Program-made: the position numbers and the translations under genes
The notes under the pieces: model-generated
Database searches by the model: none
What the model was told of the DNA's origin: nothing
Seen by the model: the letters and a program-made list of their open reading frames with translations, nothing else
Shown here: piece by piece, positions 62,089 to 64,000 of the stretch
How the letters are laid out: each line of letters opens with the position of its first letter
How positions within the stretch are numbered: position 1 is the first letter of the stretch
Assembly: GCF_963921235.1 (NCBI RefSeq)
Contig: NC_086097.1
Coordinates: forward strand, 156,552,001 to 156,616,000
DNA from: Mobula hypostoma
Lineage: Eukaryota
DNA: 64,000 nucleotides
Direction of reading: 5' to 3'

Positions 62089-64000
62089 CCTAGTCCATTT
62101 CCAAAACCTCCTTCGCCTTTCTCAATCTCACTGTCTCTGTCTTTGGTAACAGGTTTCCTACTGATGTCCATTATAAACCCATGGACTCTCACAGCAACCT
62201 GGACTTTTCCTCTTCCCACAGTTTCACTTGTAAAAATGCCACCTTCTTCTCTCAATTCCTCAGTTTCTGCCGCATCTGCTCTCAGGTTGAGGCCTTTCAT
62301 TCTAGAACAAAGGAGATGTCCTCCTTTTTCAAAGAAAGTGGCTTCCCTTCCTCCACCATCAATGCTGCCCTCAACCGCAAAAGATAACAGCACATTTGGA
62401 AAGCGGTGAAATGATCGGACAAAGTCAGCATGGATTTGTGAAAGGAAAATCATGTCTGACGAATCTCATAGAATTTTTTGAGGATGTAACTAGTAGAGTG
62501 GATAGGGGAGAACCAGTGGATGTGGTATATTTGGATTTTCAAAAGGCTTTTGACAAGGTCCCACACAGGAGATTAGTGTGCAAACTTAAAGCACACGGTA
62601 TTGGGGGTAAGGTATTGGTGTGGGTGGAGAATTGGTTAGCAGATAGGAAGCAAAGAGTGGGAATAAACGGGACCTTTTCAGAATGGCAGGCGGTGACTAG
62701 TGGGCTACCGCAAGGCTCAGTGCTGGGACCCCAGTTGTTTACAATATATATTAATGACTTGGATGAGGGAATTAAATGCAGCATCTCCAAGTTTGCGGAT
62801 GACACGAAGCTGGGTGGCAGTGTTAGCAGTGAGGAGGATGCTAAGAGGATGCAGGGTGACTTGGATAGGTTGGGTGAGTGGGCAAACTCATGGCAGATGC
62901 AATTTAATGTGGATAAATGTGAAGTTATCCACTTTGGTGGCAAAAATAGGAAAACAGATTATTATCTGAATGGTGGCCGATTAGGAAAAGGGGAGGTGCA
63001 ACGAGACCTGGGTGTCATTATACACCAGTCATTGAAAGTGGGCATGCAAGTACAGCAGGCGGTGAAAAAGGCGAATGGTATGCTGGCATTTATAGCGAGA
63101 GGATTCGAGTACAGGAGCAGGGAGGTATTACTGCAGTTGTACAAGGCCTTGGTGAGACCACACCTGGAGTATTGTGTGCAGTTTTGGTCCCCTAATCTGA
63201 GGAAAGACATCTTTGCCATAGAGGGAGTACAAAGAAGGTTCACCAGATTGATTCCTGGGATGGCAGGTCTTTCATATGAAGAAAGACTGGATGAACTGGG
63301 CTTGTACTCGTTGGAATTTAGAAGATTGAGGGGGGATCTGATTGAAACGTATAAGATCCTAAAGGGATTGGACAGGCTAGATGCAGGAAGATTGTTCCAG
63401 ATGTTGGGGAAGTCCAGAACGAGGGGCCACAGTTTGAGGATAGAGGGGAAGCCTTTTAGGACCGAGATTAGGAAAAACTTCGTCACACAGAGAGTGGTGA
63501 ATCTGTGGAATTCTCTGCCACAGGTAACAGTTGAGGCCAGTTCATTGGCTATATTTAAGAGGGAGTTAGATATGGCCCTTGTGGCTACGGGGTCAGGGGG
63601 TATGGAGGGAAGGCTGGGGCAGGGTTCTGAGTTGGAGGATCAGCCATGATCATAATAAATGGCGGTGCAGGCTCGAAGGGCCGAATGGCCTACTCCTGCA
63701 CCTATTTTCTATGTTTCTATGTTTCTATGTTTCTATCTCTTCCATTTCACGCACGTCTGCACTTACCCCAGCCTCCTGCCACCCTACTGGGGATAGGGTT
63801 TCTCTTGTCCTCACCTACCACCCCACCAGCCTCCATGTCCAGCACATAATTTGCTGGAACTTCCGCCATTTCCAATGGGATTCCACCACCAAGCACATCT
63901 TTCCCTCCCCCCCACTTTCTGCTTTTCACAGGGATCACTCCCTACGTGACTCCCTTGTCTATTCCGCCTCCTGCCACTTATCCTTGCAAGCAGAACAAGT
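62089..64000 (+). mobile_element. Penelope fragment split by a young CR1; continues beyond the right edge
   Basis: DSHSNLDFSSSH...CKNATFFSQF...RICSQVEAFHSRT; CTCAACCGCA rejoins TCTCTTCCATTTCACG after the CR1. Confidence 0.88.
62381..63734 (+). mobile_element. Young CR1 LINE, 5'-truncated; RT frame open until a 1-bp deletion near 63589
   Basis: Near-identical to 58822-60171; (TTTCTATG)n tail. Confidence 0.95.

Overview
This is AT-rich vertebrate genomic DNA, intronic or intergenic. The repeat repertoire (CR1 LINEs with TTTCTATG/TCTTATGG tails, Rex/Babar LINEs, Penelope-like elements, V-SINE-like SINEs) suggests a cartilaginous fish, probably a ray or shark; that assignment is inference. Most of the window is a mosaic of nested transposable elements. 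It includes a full-length but lesioned L1 (8230-13981, 13-bp TSD), many CR1 and Rex/Babar fragments, two RTE LINEs, a Nimb/I-group LINE, two solo LTRs, hAT, Tc1 and Chapaev3-like DNA transposon derivatives, and Penelope elements carrying minimal hammerhead ribozymes. Every long ORF in the track is TE-derived. No host gene is identified with confidence; there is one candidate 84-bp exon and several TE-free islands that may be conserved enhancers. The most notable observation is in the L1: a 20-bp sense-strand duplex can form between the 5'UTR and the ORF1-ORF2 spacer, starting 10 nt after a 4-codon uORF. This resembles a ribosome-shunt architecture that would bypass ORF1. There is also a 127-bp near-perfect palindrome at 19261-19387. 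Family names come from motif recognition, not database searches, and boundaries of old degraded copies are approximate.
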